IMG/VR virus record: IMGVR_UViG_3300027881_000007
Span: 1 to 64,000 of that record
Source: a virus
Strand: one strand, 5' to 3'
DNA length: 64,000 nt
Part shown: positions 8,701 through 19,600 of the stretch, in pieces
Layout: every line of letters starts with the position of its first letter
Numbering within the stretch: the stretch's first letter is position 1
Notes under the pieces: generated by a model
Told to the model about the DNA's origin: nothing
Seen by the model: the letters and a program-made list of their open reading frames with translations, nothing else
The model's database searches: none
Translations under genes and position numbers: made by a program

Positions 8701-10335
8701 AGTAGTTGGACCGCCTGTATTTTTTGCAATACCGGTAAAGCCTCCAAATCCACCTCTCTGGTGCTGTATGTATTGAAGACTATAAACACCTGGGTAGTTA
8801 TTCGTCCACGGAATCCAGTCTTCCCAGAAAAGTCCTGGCCATCCAACAAAGATTCTACCTGACCTATTAAGACCGAAATCAAGGTCATAAAAGTATCTGT
8901 TAAAGTCATCTAGACAGTTTGGAAACTTGTCAGTATACCGTATTGGAGACCAAGTCAGACCTTCATTACTAGTAGAAGCGTAAGCTAGATCATAAGAAGG
9001 AGATTCATAGAAGGTTACATAGTATTCGTCTTGATCCCAGATATAGTAACAAATGCGTGATCTATCATGCCTAGATTCATAGGGCATCCCGCGATAAAAG
9101 CATCTGGTTCCATCACAACACTCTCCTACGAAAGGAGGAGCTGTAGTGGTAGACGGAAAGAAGTCAGGAGAGGTAGTTGTTGTAGATCCAGTTCCAGTAG
9201 TAGTCGTGGTAGATGTAGTCGTGGTAGTTGTGGTAAATGTAGTTGTGGTTGTTGTTACATCCTCACTGGCCATAGCTGAAAAACCAGCTGGAGGAGTATA
9301 GGTCATACGAGATAGATAACCAACTATTGTGTGTTCTTGAAGGTTACCATTAAGAGAATCAGCTGGATACCAAGTTGTTGCAGCTATACCACTAGCCGCT
9401 GGATTAGTACCAGTTACAGGATCACCACCATTTTGCCATACTCCATTCTTAGCAAAGAAGACTCTAGCGTTATCCATGTCAAGGGCAACACCAATTATAT
9501 CTCCATTACCATATAAATTCCCGTAAGCAGTACCGACCATATTGTTAAATATGCGTCCATCCGTACTGTAGTATCCATAACCTGTACTTTGTCTTCCAAC
9601 ATATTCATCAGTAGGATAACCAGATTGAGCAATACCAACAAACCTATAGTTTCCAACTCCAACTACCTCAATTTCCCAGTACCACTTTCCAGAAGACTTA
9701 CCAAGAGTTGCACCAACTGCTCTATCATTAGAGACAGTACATCTAGCCGTAAGATTGGAGTTCTCTAAAACCATACCTGTAGGATGTATCCATAAAGGAT
9801 CCCACGTAAGTTGATCAGTTGGAGGGGCTGTAGTAGTAGTTGTAGTTGTGTATCCTGGAGGATTATATTTTATTTCAACTTCAATTGCTGAAATAAAAAG
9901 ATCAGTCTGGTTGTGTCCTATGCCACCGCTTGAATCAAGAATCCAAAGTCTAATATTAGTTAATTCGGCTGCAGTTTTAGAGAGAGCCGCCCAGTTGGTG
10001 TAGTAATCTGTAAAATAATCATTGTTAAAACTAACACCACCCAGATCAAGAATCTCAACTAGTCCATCGTAAAGAAGGAACTCCACACCACCAGAAAATG
10101 CTGAGTTAGGAACTCTACCTCTTACCCTAACTCTAAACTCTACTGAGCTACCCAAGAAAGTAGGATTATCAAGACCAAAATGTATATAGGAGTTTGGAAC
10201 ACTTGCGCGACCTTGGATATACGTACTATCATTGGGAGGCCACCCCTCATTCACTTGCAAATGAGGACTAACTTCGGGAGTGTACTCCCTATTTGCAACA
10301 GTAGAATCCGGTCGAACAATTTCCGTAGGTAGCAT
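5773..10335 (-). CDS. 1520-aa modular virion protein (SPRY domain, poly-Thr linkers, possible baseplate-wedge-like segment)
   Basis: SPRY signature GKWYWEI...GDIIGVALDMDN..VFFAKNG; several poly-T/PPLP tracts; helical segment ending VIDFFKPYRARL. Confidence 0.75.
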   Translation of the reverse strand: MLPTEIVRPDSTVANREYTPEVSPHLQVNEGWPPNDSTYIQGRASVPNSYIHFGLDNPTFLGSSVEFRVRVRGRVPNSAFSGGVEFLLYDGLVEILDLGGVSFNNDYFTDYYTNWAALSKTAAELTNIRLWILDSSGGIGHNQTDLFISAIEVEIKYNPPGYTTTTTTTAPPTDQLTWDPLWIHPTGMVLENSNLTARCTVSNDRAVGATLGKSSGKWYWEIEVVGVGNYRFVGIAQSGYPTDEYVGRQSTGYGYYSTDGRIFNNMVGTAYGNLYGNGDIIGVALDMDNARVFFAKNGVWQNGGDPVTGTNPAASGIAATTWYPADSLNGNLQEHTIVGYLSRMTYTPPAGFSAMASEDVTTTTTTFTTTTTTTSTTTTTGTGSTTTTSPDFFPSTTTAPPFVGECCDGTRCFYRGMPYESRHDRSRICYYIWDQDEYYVTFYESPSYDLAYASTSNEGLTWSPIRYTDKFPNCLDDFNRYFYDLDFGLNRSGRIFVGWPGLFWEDWIPWTNNYPGVYSLQYIQHQRGGFGGFTGIAKNTGGPTTVWEAWNNLGSYELSGGSWYHMADPWVQQLNWDSGVGQFDTFARMYKSNYGNIILITITSGPDPGIYYSRQSLGSFSTPTKIPGTSLESVGHRVTLDDIFGMHIFWEDSSFNIIHTYLAGSGGWLLTPTVVGPNLYPGTGFAGFYCQKDTQHDVSQFGVLQIRWDGPVGDGYFTNQQPSGPQQPFLWYHKSSCTPVGGCTPAIDVAYTNSNAVQYNYRCITPCPMYYQPLLGLGNEVETELVSFSPLREEGDFVTTTTTSTVTTTLPPLPTTTTTTVPGEFVVDFDYFSFWSPSSTTTTTTTTTASTTLPPLPTTTTTIPPYVQFVVEFDDFEGTPLTTTTTTTTTTSTTPVPSTTTTATTTTTTVTTTVTTTTEQPRNLEYNKDVIGTIEEADAEFEALVNIRPESREERKAKLEIFKENWSRVFNSPPYQVDPDAAEAILNAINPALKADIDSWFDAGEDATLIEYLFTDLHQWILEHFGAYPNIGGATAGIPFLIKQVIDFFKPYRARLAFFESALVFDDALFDSVILDDSSSMIIYQTVVDTPAADSTSCCAYPYITCDSTAGLYYSRRTYDCGSYYDTGIADDLDDMRLTVRQDVHDFYMCLPDGSAVVDFDFDSTTTITLSTTLPPDICQWTGQEEQWVEEEGQWIDDESECVPIEVLLSQWINSSPAWETQWVDEPLQWVDEEYTVLTSPPVPDPTPPEDPFYLYGYMAGGWQDFDEEGLFDCMGGKDVCQIYIQDSTAIITTTTTVTTTTTATTTLPPAPTTTTTTTTTTATTTTTTIDFMTITAAYDGRVYGTDVDWPTTRDKAVADSADSPGLANSSCALVHNAAFQCARGFFTFDTTALINVTVLSAKLRVHGWKTFSPIALCAQEATLSNPLDVTVNDYQAFTGPLLIDSFSPWDNLGWNEMDLNVAGVAYLQSIIDIIGQYAMFCTREYDHDYLNVGPTSLLIAYCNYSASGLVPELVIEYSF

Positions 10336-10357
10336 TAGTCTCCTTTAATCTTTTAAA

Positions 10358-10368
10358 ATTTATTCCAA
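10358..10368 (-). promoter_or_regulatory. putative late promoter motif TTGGAATAAAT
   Basis: Variant of the recurrent motif, about 23 nt upstream of the start. Confidence 0.5.
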
Positions 10369-10372
10369 CTAG

Positions 10373-13300
10373 TTAGGGTGTTGTGTAAGAAGCATAGTGA
10401 CCCACCCAACACTCTGCGTCTTCTGCAAAAGCAAGATCAATAGTACTAAACTTAGTCCAGTCAACCGTATCAACAGGTTCGGTTGTTGCATAGTAAAATG
10501 AGAACCTGTAAGCACCAACAAAGAACTTACGGCGCATCCTGACCCAAATCTCTGATACTGCTCCAAGAACTTGTTGTTCCTCATCAATGGTCCCTATTTC
10601 TGAATATAGACCAAATGCATATATATTTCCGCCATCAATTCTTCCACCAACTTTTGCATAAATATCAGTCTGTCCACGAACTCTAAATAGTAACCCAAAC
10701 TCTTGAAAAACTCCACTAATTGCTGGAACTGTAATCTTAGTGTAAACATCAAATTCTTTATCTAACAATTCACACTGAGCAATATATGTTGGAGTGCACG
10801 GATCAAATGCATCACAACCATCTGGTCCAGCATAGACATGGAGAAATCCTCCTGACTCTGAGAAGTTTCCATGACGTTTCTCTTGAAGTTTCCACCTTGC
10901 ATTTATTGATCCATCATTAAAGTCATCTTCTTCTAATCCCAAACCACATGGTGCAGTGGTTGAAGTGGTGGTCGTAACAGTTGTAGTAGTGGTTGTCGTA
11001 GTTGTTGTAGTAATTGCAAATGGATTTGCCTGAAACTCAACAGCTTCAAAACTACCCTCTTTAGCTACTCCGCCTGTGATTGGATCACCCTTGGGTCGAG
11101 TAAGTCCATATTCAAAACTACTAGTATGAACAAGTCTAAATCGAGCGAGTCCATCAGCAGTCGTAGGAGTTCCTGGTACAGCACCCTGTCCATATGGTCG
11201 TATAACACCACCACCACCACCTACATAAGATGGGGCATAAGTTATCGACCAAGCTTTAGAGATTTCATGATCTAGAGTAACATTGACTTCAGTACTATTC
11301 GCACTCCAGTTTAAAGTGCCACGCTGAACATCAAACCATTGTGACTCAATAATCTGAGTTCGAACATTTAGTGTACCTGTACTCAGAGTACGATTTACTC
11401 TAAAAGTATCCTTATCAATAAGTTGCATTATACAACAGGCATCTGCAGAACTCTGACTTGCAACATCAACCCGGTAATTGGATACGGTCATTGTCCTGTT
11501 CGGGGCAACTGGGGCTGGTATTGCCTCGTCAGTAGTAGTACCAGATAGAGAGTAAGCTAAGTGCTGAACATCCCAAATACCAGGAGTAAGAGCTTCAACC
11601 GCCCACCACATCATCTGATACTGCCAGCCGCTTGCATTACCATCTCTGACAAATCTAACCTCAGAGTTAGATTGGAAGTACCCCTCGACTAACTGGTCTT
11701 GCCAGTTATCAGTCTGCCCTCCATTACCACTAAAGACAAGGAATGTGTTCTCTATAACGGCTGTCCCATCTAAATCAGTGGTTCCAGCTACTATTACATC
11801 AGAATTAAAACCACCCCAATTAAGTAGTGAATAACCTGAACCAACAGTCCAACCACTGTGTACTTTCACATGGGCCGGATTAAATTCGACAACATAAATA
11901 CTAACTTGCTGTGTTCCAAATATATTGCCACGACCGATCTTTAATCTAGCACCAGGCGATCTATGATCGAACCAGAAGTATGGCCAACTTCTGTGCCAAA
12001 TTGTTTCTTCTGTGGTTTCAAAAGAGATAAATGGAACACAGTTAAAAATATTTTGACCCTTCGATAAGAGATATTCACTTGGTTGACCATTAGCTACTGT
12101 AATCTCAAATCTCTCAATTGAATCAATAAAGTATGGTAAAGTTGTACTGGTTGTACTTACTGTTGTACTAGTTGTGGTAGTAGTTGTTGTTGACGTTGTA
12201 CTAGTGGTAAAAGGATCATCTCCAGTATTTCTAAAATATCCAAACGTAGCAGTAAACTGTATACCACCTGGATGATTAGCATACAGACCAACATCAATAT
12301 CAGCACCACTAATGAGTTGATTAACAGGTTGTCCGAATTGAATCCAATTATCACCTCCGTCTGCAATATAGAATGCAGTTACTACACCAGCAATCCTTCT
12401 CAGTCTAAGATAAACAGTATTTGGAGCATATGCTACGTTTACCTGATAAGTATAATTGGCGGTACTGTCAATAGTATTACCAAATAATAATCTCTCGCCC
12501 CCTAGACTATCATCATAAATTAAACAAACCTTCCAGAAATTGGTACTATCTGTTGCGGCCAGTATGCCTGCTTGCTCATAGTCATTATCAACATCTGTCG
12601 AAAGTTTTGTATATACATCAAAGTCGCCAGTCTCAGTTGTCTGAAAGGCCCAGGTTGGATCATACTCTCCATCCCAAACATCTCCAGAACCAGAATCAAT
12701 TACAAAAGATCCTTGATAATAGTCTCCGCCTGTACCAGGTTCCCAAGTCCAGAAATTACTAAGGTATTTGATACCATCAGCGGCAATGGTAAAGTTATCA
12801 AAGTCCATCGTCGCAGTTGGAGAACCACCACCACCATCAAAACTATCAAGATAGATTACAATATCTGTTTCACCAGATCCGAAATTGACGAGGGTATCTA
12901 GTAATTGCCAACCAGCATCATAGTAATAACTCTGCATCTGTATACCAGTTCTTACTAACCGCAACTGGCCACTAGTATGAGCTGTACCGACAGATGCACT
13001 CCAACCAGATGTTGTGTTCCAAGTCTGATAACGTTGAGTGCCAGCCCTGTATGCTCTCAGCATTTGAGCTATAGCAGTTCCTGCATGAGCCCTGAGTCCA
13101 CCATACCATCCATTTTGAGATGGACCAGCAATAACGTCATAGTCCACGACTATATCAAAATCGCCAACAATAGTATATGTAGACAGTATTCCCTCTCTGG
13201 TATTACCTGGGGCAACAGAACACTGTAATTTATTACCTTGAATATCTGGACTTGCATCCCATATATTCCACTTGATTGGATCAGGTGGACTTCCATTAGG

Positions 13301-16300
13301 ACCAGTGAAGTCATCGTCTGGATCAAAGTCAAAACTATCATTTCGTAAATATGCTGTAGTTGTGGTAGTAGAAGTTGACGTAGTTGTGGTAGTCGTACCG
13401 GTTGTGGTGGTTGTTGTCGTAGTAGTCGTACTAGTAGTAGTTGTTGTCGTTGTCGTGGTTGTAGTAGTAGGTAGTGGCGGTAGAGTAGTAGTTGCAGTCG
13501 TAGTCGTGCTTGTAGTCGTGGTTGTGCTTGTCGAAGTAGTTGTTGTCGTAACCGTACTGGTGCTCGTGGTTGTGGTAGTTGTGGTCGTAGTAGTTGTCGT
13601 TGTTGTTGGTGGAGGAGGAGTAGTCGTTGTCGTACTAGTACTTGTCGTTGTTGTGCTCGTACTCGTTGTGCTTGTCGAAGTAGTTGTGGTTGTGGTAGTT
13701 GTAGGAGGTGGTGTGGTCGTGGTTGTACTAGTACTTGTCGTTGTAGTTGTGGTTGTGGTAGTTGTAGGAGGTGGTGTGGTCGTGGTTGTACTAGTACTTG
13801 TCGTTGTTGTGCTCGTACTGGTAGTACTTGTCGTTGTAGTCGTAGTTGTACTGGTGGTAGTTGTGCTAGTTGTGGTCGTAGTAGTAGTCGTTGAAGTAGA
13901 AGTACCTGAACCTTCAAGCGGACTATAACCAGTTGGAAGACTATATGCAAAATCAGATTCACCAAAGTTTGCTGTTATCTCTGCAGTATTGTAGTTAAAA
14001 CCGTGCCATGGCCACCAACCTGCTGATGGAGTTATTGTTGCAGCAGGGTTAGTACCAACAACTGGATCACCTGAGTTTTGCCACACACCATTCTTAGCAA
14101 AGAAGACTCTACCGTTATCCAAGTCCATAGCAACCCCTATAACATCATTTGTAGTATAAGAGTTACCATATGACGAACCAGCGCCGTCCTCGTAAACATC
14201 TCCATTAATTTCGTAGTATCCTACACTGTCAGTTACCTGACCCGGAAAACTAGTCGTGGCCATATTTCCGGGGCCAATACCAACCATGTGGGATGATGCT
14301 CCAGGATCAAGATCTATAAATATTTCCCAATACCATTTACCTGCAGTATAACCACGAGTTGCCCTTGTACTTCTCCACGGTCCAGTTGTGCTGCCCGTAG
14401 CAGTAAGATCACCATTTGACAAAGTAACAGTTGCATCTGTCTTATTTGGATCCCACGTCATAGCTGGGTTTGTCGTAGTCGTGGTTGTAGTAGTCGTGCT
14501 AGTCGTGGTTGTTGAAGTCGTAGTCGTAGTTGTAGTAGTTGGACCAATATCGGTACCATAAATCTGGATCTCACACATATCAAATCCAGTATTGATAGTC
14601 CAATTTGTACCACCGTCACCAGAGAAAGCTATTGATCCGCCTGCATAGGCATCGAAATTAGTTCTGTCTGTATAAACATTAGTAGTTGTGCCAACTGGCT
14701 CCATTACTACCCAGAATTTCTGACCAACTTGAACAGAAGTAGAAAAGGTAAACTCATATCTTGTGGGAGAACCTGTAATAGACTCCTCATCTGAAGTACC
14801 CAAGAGAGTCCCACTATATGGATTTGTTGGATGGTAAGTATAGATAGTTAGTCTAGCTCTATCTACAGGAGAACCAGTACCATAAAACTCTGCTATACTG
14901 ATAGAGTCAATATCCCAAGTTCTGGTCGGAGAGAAACTCTGAGCAACTCGGGTCGATCCATATAGATCAGTACAAGTCTCCGAAATCTCTACTAACGGTG
15001 GAGCAGTAGTCGTAGTTGTAGAAGTTGAAGTTGTCGTAGTTGTTGTCGTTGACGTACTAGTGGTTGTAGTGGTTGTAGTAGTTGTTGTCGAGGTTGTAGT
15101 CGTGGTAGTAGTCGGGAAATTTAGTGTGCCATAAGCAATAGTTGCATTGTCAAAATCCATGGTCGCTGTTGGGAGACCAGCAACGGAGTCAAGATACAAT
15201 TGGAAGAAAAGAGCGCCTGATCCTACGCTGAAACTACCTAACGATTGCCATCCAGCACTGTAATAGTATCCGGTGGTGCTGCTTCCGCTTCGCACTATAC
15301 GCAGTTGGCCGCTTGTATCACTGGTTGATGTACTTCCGCCCCATCCGAAGGTGCTGTCCCAAGTTGCGTATTCACTGACTCCAGCTCTATAGGCCCTAAC
15401 TATCTGGAATATACTGCTTCCTATGTTACAACGGATACCACCATACCATGAATTAGTGGATGGCCCAAGAACAACATCAAAATCTACCCACAGATCAAAG
15501 TCACCGGAGATAGTGAATTGAGACTGTACTCCCTCTCTGGTGTTGCCAGAATTAACAGCACATCTTAACTTATTACCTTGAATATCTGGACTTGGACTCC
15601 AAATAGACCAGTTAGTAGGATTGGGCGGATCATCATTATTACCAGTGAAGTCATCATAGAATACAGTTGCTGTAGTCGTGGTAGTAGAAGTTGTCGTTGT
15701 AGTCGTACTAGTTGTGGTGGTAGAAGTTGTCGTTGTACTCGTGCTGGTAGTTGTGGTCGTGGTCGTGGTCGTAGTAGAAGTAGTTGGCCAGTTTAGCGCG
15801 CCTTTATAGATGGTAAAGTTATCCCAGTTCACCTCACAGGCAGGAAGAGTATCGCCGTTACGCAACGTCAGGTAAATGTTGCAAGGCTTACCCGTACCGG
15901 CACTCCATGTATGAGTCGAAGTCCATGCTGATCCTGTCCAGCGATAGGTAGTCCACTGCGTACCCACTCTTGTCACACGCAGCTTAGCAGATGTGTCAGA
16001 AGTACCTACGTTGCCCTGCCACCCACTATTGTTTTCCCAGGTCCAGTATCTTTGACTACCATACCAGCCCCTAACAAAACTGCAACCTTCACCATCTTCG
16101 TCTTCGACTACAAGCTGGCAGCTCCAGAAGCTAGAGTTAGGATAGGTAACTAATTCGTAGTCCACTACAACATCTATATCACCTGAAAGAACATCAAGGC
16201 CAGCATGTGCAAAATAGGTGTTTGCACTGGTTGCACCGGCCGCCGGCAGAACCATATTGAGCTTGTTGCTCTGAATGTCAGGAGGACCATTGCCAGAAAC

Positions 16301-16585
16301 ATCCCAGTAGGTATCATTTGGTGGATCACCGTCACTACCAGTAAATGGATCATAGAATACTGTAGACGTAGTTGTTGAAGTAGAAGTTGTCGTTGTAGTC
16401 GTACTAGTGGTAGTCGAAGTTGTGGTTGTGCTTGTGGAAGTTGTTGTAGTGGTAGTAGTAAATGTGGTAGTCGTTGTGGCTGTTCCATCTTGTAGGTAGG
16501 CGAGAGGACCAAAGTAGTCGTAGGACATTTCTTCCAAAGTCTTACCGGATTCAATGTCTATAACTACTTTATCATAAATTTTCAT
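10373..16585 (-). CDS. 2070-aa mucin-like tail fibre/adhesin (ConA/LamG-like repeats, SPRY domain, poly-Thr)
   Basis: Three D(D/P)FTG..PP beta-sandwich repeats, a SPRY domain, DUF1349-like lectin folds and a Thr-rich tract of about 180 aa. Confidence 0.8.
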   Translation of the reverse strand: MKIYDKVVIDIESGKTLEEMSYDYFGPLAYLQDGTATTTTTFTTTTTTTSTSTTTTSTTTSTTTTTTSTSTTTSTVFYDPFTGSDGDPPNDTYWDVSGNGPPDIQSNKLNMVLPAAGATSANTYFAHAGLDVLSGDIDVVVDYELVTYPNSSFWSCQLVVEDEDGEGCSFVRGWYGSQRYWTWENNSGWQGNVGTSDTSAKLRVTRVGTQWTTYRWTGSAWTSTHTWSAGTGKPCNIYLTLRNGDTLPACEVNWDNFTIYKGALNWPTTSTTTTTTTTTTSTSTTTTSTTTTSTTTTTTSTTTTTATVFYDDFTGNNDDPPNPTNWSIWSPSPDIQGNKLRCAVNSGNTREGVQSQFTISGDFDLWVDFDVVLGPSTNSWYGGIRCNIGSSIFQIVRAYRAGVSEYATWDSTFGWGGSTSTSDTSGQLRIVRSGSSTTGYYYSAGWQSLGSFSVGSGALFFQLYLDSVAGLPTATMDFDNATIAYGTLNFPTTTTTTTSTTTTTTTTTTSTSTTTTTTTSTSTTTTTAPPLVEISETCTDLYGSTRVAQSFSPTRTWDIDSISIAEFYGTGSPVDRARLTIYTYHPTNPYSGTLLGTSDEESITGSPTRYEFTFSTSVQVGQKFWVVMEPVGTTTNVYTDRTNFDAYAGGSIAFSGDGGTNWTINTGFDMCEIQIYGTDIGPTTTTTTTTSTTTTSTTTTTTTTTNPAMTWDPNKTDATVTLSNGDLTATGSTTGPWRSTRATRGYTAGKWYWEIFIDLDPGASSHMVGIGPGNMATTSFPGQVTDSVGYYEINGDVYEDGAGSSYGNSYTTNDVIGVAMDLDNGRVFFAKNGVWQNSGDPVVGTNPAATITPSAGWWPWHGFNYNTAEITANFGESDFAYSLPTGYSPLEGSGTSTSTTTTTTTTSTTTTSTTTTTTTSTTSTSTTTTSTSTTTTTPPPTTTTTTTTTTSTSTTTTTPPPTTTTTTTTSTSTTSTSTTTTSTSTTTTTPPPPTTTTTTTTTTTTTTSTSTVTTTTTSTSTTTTTSTTTTATTTLPPLPTTTTTTTTTTTTSTTTTTTTTTTGTTTTTTSTSTTTTTAYLRNDSFDFDPDDDFTGPNGSPPDPIKWNIWDASPDIQGNKLQCSVAPGNTREGILSTYTIVGDFDIVVDYDVIAGPSQNGWYGGLRAHAGTAIAQMLRAYRAGTQRYQTWNTTSGWSASVGTAHTSGQLRLVRTGIQMQSYYYDAGWQLLDTLVNFGSGETDIVIYLDSFDGGGGSPTATMDFDNFTIAADGIKYLSNFWTWEPGTGGDYYQGSFVIDSGSGDVWDGEYDPTWAFQTTETGDFDVYTKLSTDVDNDYEQAGILAATDSTNFWKVCLIYDDSLGGERLLFGNTIDSTANYTYQVNVAYAPNTVYLRLRRIAGVVTAFYIADGGDNWIQFGQPVNQLISGADIDVGLYANHPGGIQFTATFGYFRNTGDDPFTTSTTSTTTTTTTSTTVSTTSTTLPYFIDSIERFEITVANGQPSEYLLSKGQNIFNCVPFISFETTEETIWHRSWPYFWFDHRSPGARLKIGRGNIFGTQQVSIYVVEFNPAHVKVHSGWTVGSGYSLLNWGGFNSDVIVAGTTDLDGTAVIENTFLVFSGNGGQTDNWQDQLVEGYFQSNSEVRFVRDGNASGWQYQMMWWAVEALTPGIWDVQHLAYSLSGTTTDEAIPAPVAPNRTMTVSNYRVDVASQSSADACCIMQLIDKDTFRVNRTLSTGTLNVRTQIIESQWFDVQRGTLNWSANSTEVNVTLDHEISKAWSITYAPSYVGGGGGVIRPYGQGAVPGTPTTADGLARFRLVHTSSFEYGLTRPKGDPITGGVAKEGSFEAVEFQANPFAITTTTTTTTTTTVTTTTSTTAPCGLGLEEDDFNDGSINARWKLQEKRHGNFSESGGFLHVYAGPDGCDAFDPCTPTYIAQCELLDKEFDVYTKITVPAISGVFQEFGLLFRVRGQTDIYAKVGGRIDGGNIYAFGLYSEIGTIDEEQQVLGAVSEIWVRMRRKFFVGAYRFSFYYATTEPVDTVDWTKFSTIDLAFAEDAECWVGHYASYTTP
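13680..13805. repeat. perfect 63-bp tandem duplication inside the Thr-rich tract
   Basis: 13680-13742 is identical to 13743-13805. Confidence 0.85.
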
Positions 16586-16608
16586 ATGGCCCTAAATCTC
16601 CTTTGTAA

Positions 16609-16619
16609 ATTTGTTCCAA
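16609..16619 (-). promoter_or_regulatory. putative late promoter motif TTGGAACAAAT
   Basis: Recurrent motif about 24 nt upstream of the start. Confidence 0.55.
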
Positions 16620-16627
16620 CTAGAGTT

Positions 16628-19600
16628 TTATGAGGAAATTGAAATTGTTCCACCAGCACAATTGCCAGCGCCTCGGACCCATCCACTTGACGGTGGACAC
16701 AGTTGTCCCGGTATGTAAGTGGCAGTCCAGCTACCACATATTCCCCATCCAATTTTTCCTATAGTAAATGACCAGACAGAGGTAACCTTTAAAGTTGCAT
16801 TATAAGTTGCCCCTGGCAAAGCTACACCCCAATCTCTCCATTCGCAAGAAGTTGGGCTAGTCTGAACACAAGTCCACACTATATTTAGATCAAGACAGTT
16901 GTCAGCAGGACTTTGACAGGTTCCACTTAAACCAGATACCGTTACAAAATATGTGCTTGGACAACTGGGACAGCTAGTGGGAGGATCGGGCGAAGTACCT
17001 GTTACACTTGTTACAGTTGTCGTTGTTGTGGTGGTGGTTGTCGGAGGCAGTGGAGGTATAGTTGTAGTAGCTGGCACATAAACTAGCACACCAACAATCC
17101 GCACACAAAGAGCATCAGAAGAATCATCTTCTACCCAACCAGGTCCAGGTTCATCATAATACCACATATTTCCACCTGGATAGTAATCGGTGGTTGCATA
17201 AACATCCACTGTCTGTCCGCTAGCTAGATTGCCTCCAATATCAGTAGCATATATTACTGCATGATATGTACCTTCATACACAAGAAGAGGTTTTGGAAAT
17301 GAGAATATAAAAGAATATATACCTCCGCCACCAATACTTAGGTTATTCGACTCACCCAATAGTACACCAGCATCTGGTGCGGCACCTAGACTTGTTTCTC
17401 GATATATTCTAACCTTCGCATAGCCACTAGTACTGGTCATATCTCCAACTTCTACAGCATCAACCTCCCACGGCCCCGGAAAAATATACCAACTCTGTGA
17501 TACATAAAGACCATCAAGGTATCCAGGTGTTCCTGTACACTCTAGTGACCAGGTTTCACCAAGATAAGTTGTCGTGGTTGTGAAGAAAGTAATACTGGTA
17601 GTAGTTGTGCTAGTTGTCGTTGTAGTCGTAGGCGGTGATGTAGTAGATGTTGTTGTGAAAAACGTAACGGAAGTACTTGTTGAAACTGTTGTCGTTGTCG
17701 TTGTCGTTGTCGTGGTTATAACTGGCGGCAGTGTTGTCGTCGCTGGTGGAGTTTCTAACCAACCCTTAGCAGCACAACCAACCTGTAACCAATTAGTTGG
17801 AGTAATTGGGGCTGCTGGAGAAGCTATTGGATTCCAATTAATACCATTCAAAGAATAGCTAGCCGTGAATCCATCTTTGTACCACCTCAGACCCAACCAA
17901 AATTCAGTAAGAATACCAACACCTACTGAAGATTCACTTTCAGAACCATCCGCCGCTGTATCAACTCTCTTAAAGTAAAAGCTTCCGCCCTCTCTTGTAT
18001 AAATTACTCGACAAGATGGTTCACCCTCGGCAGGCAATTCCCTAGCAGTGATACCCATCTCAACCCCATCAACAGCAAGGGCTGGATTGACCATAACTTT
18101 TACTGTGAGGTTAAAGAATCCCTTGACATCTTGCCATGCCCAAGTTCCATCAAATTCATTATAGGGACCGTGAAATTGTTCTGGACTTGTCTGAACCTTC
18201 AGTACTTGATCCTCTTCCCAGATACAACCTTCAGCAAAAACACTTACTGGTCTAAAATAAGTACCGTGTCGTTTAAACCACCTCTCATCAAGAACATTAT
18301 CATCAAAATCATCAGACTCAATTAGATGGGGTAAGTATGCTCCAGACTCTAACCAACTTGGTCCATCTGGCCATAGAGTCCAGAACTGATAACGAGAATC
18401 AAATTGATTTCCGCCAGTACGATGTTTAGCACCAAAGTGAACTGTAATTAAACCAGAGTAAGTTTGAGGACTAGCAACTGTAATCTCATACCACTTAATC
18501 CTGTCATAAGAGTAATATGTGAAAAAGTCTGAACCAGTTCTTGAAAGTCTCAACCACACTTCAGTCGGTCGATAACGAGTACCAGAATTATTTGAGAAAA
18601 CACAAACATTACTATCAATTCTCCTAGCTCTTTGTTCACCACCTACTGATGTTAGAACAATAGATACAGTTCGGGCACTATCTATATTAGCCACAAGTCC
18701 AACGAAATCACGGTCTACACCACCAGCCTTCATATGTCTAGAATTTTCGAACCTCATATCAATCGTAAAATCACCCGGGTAATAACCCAGTGTTCCGTGG
18801 GCTGTGAAAGTTCCACAGTGATCTAGTCTAGTATCGTGATCTGATTGAAATACAAATTCCTGTGGCCAATCAGGATAGAAAAAGTTTTTAGACCATCTTG
18901 GGTCATATCTTTCTTCTTCTGGACAAACTCCAGGTGGCCATGTGATAGTCGTCGAAGTTGTTGTTGTCGTTGGAAGTGGAGGGAGAGTTGTAGTAACAGT
19001 ACTAGTGCTAGTTGTCGTGGTTGTAGTCGTGGTGGTTGTAGTCGTGGCTGTTGTAGTAGTCGTAGTAGTTGTGATAACAGCATCTAAATCATAAACTACT
19101 AACTGATCAGTATTGTTTTCAGCGATATAAATATAATTACTAGCACAGACTTGTAGAGTTAGTCCTCTTGGAGTATTGACATTAATATATGTGACCACAG
19201 AAAAAGAAGGACTTGCTGGAGTAGTAACGTCAAATATACCTAAACCATTAGTTGGACCAGTTCCGGTATCGTCATTCGCAACAAACACTCGGTCACACCA
19301 ATAGACCATATTGTGACCATTATATGATAGATCAATAAGGTTAGTAACCTTACTTATACTGGCTGGATTTGACACATCTAAAACTAAAAAATTACTATTT
19401 GCTCTAGCATTTACATAGAGATAATCTCCATCACCATAAACTATATCTTGAACTGCAGCTCCAGTGAAGTCAGAAATATCATTATCATCAGCAAAACCAA
19501 TAGTAACCAACGAGGTACCATCAAAATCAAAAATTGTTAACTCACTATCTGGAGAGCCTCCACACACATAAATAGTATCGGTGCTCTCTTTAATACTTGA

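Noticed and set aside
7499-17858. Plus-strand poly-Val ORFs (7499-7735, 13272-13928, 17574-17858) and alternate-frame L/Q/R-rich ORFs (13150-13965)
   Set aside because: Shadows of ACN-repeat poly-Thr coding on the minus strand; no RBS
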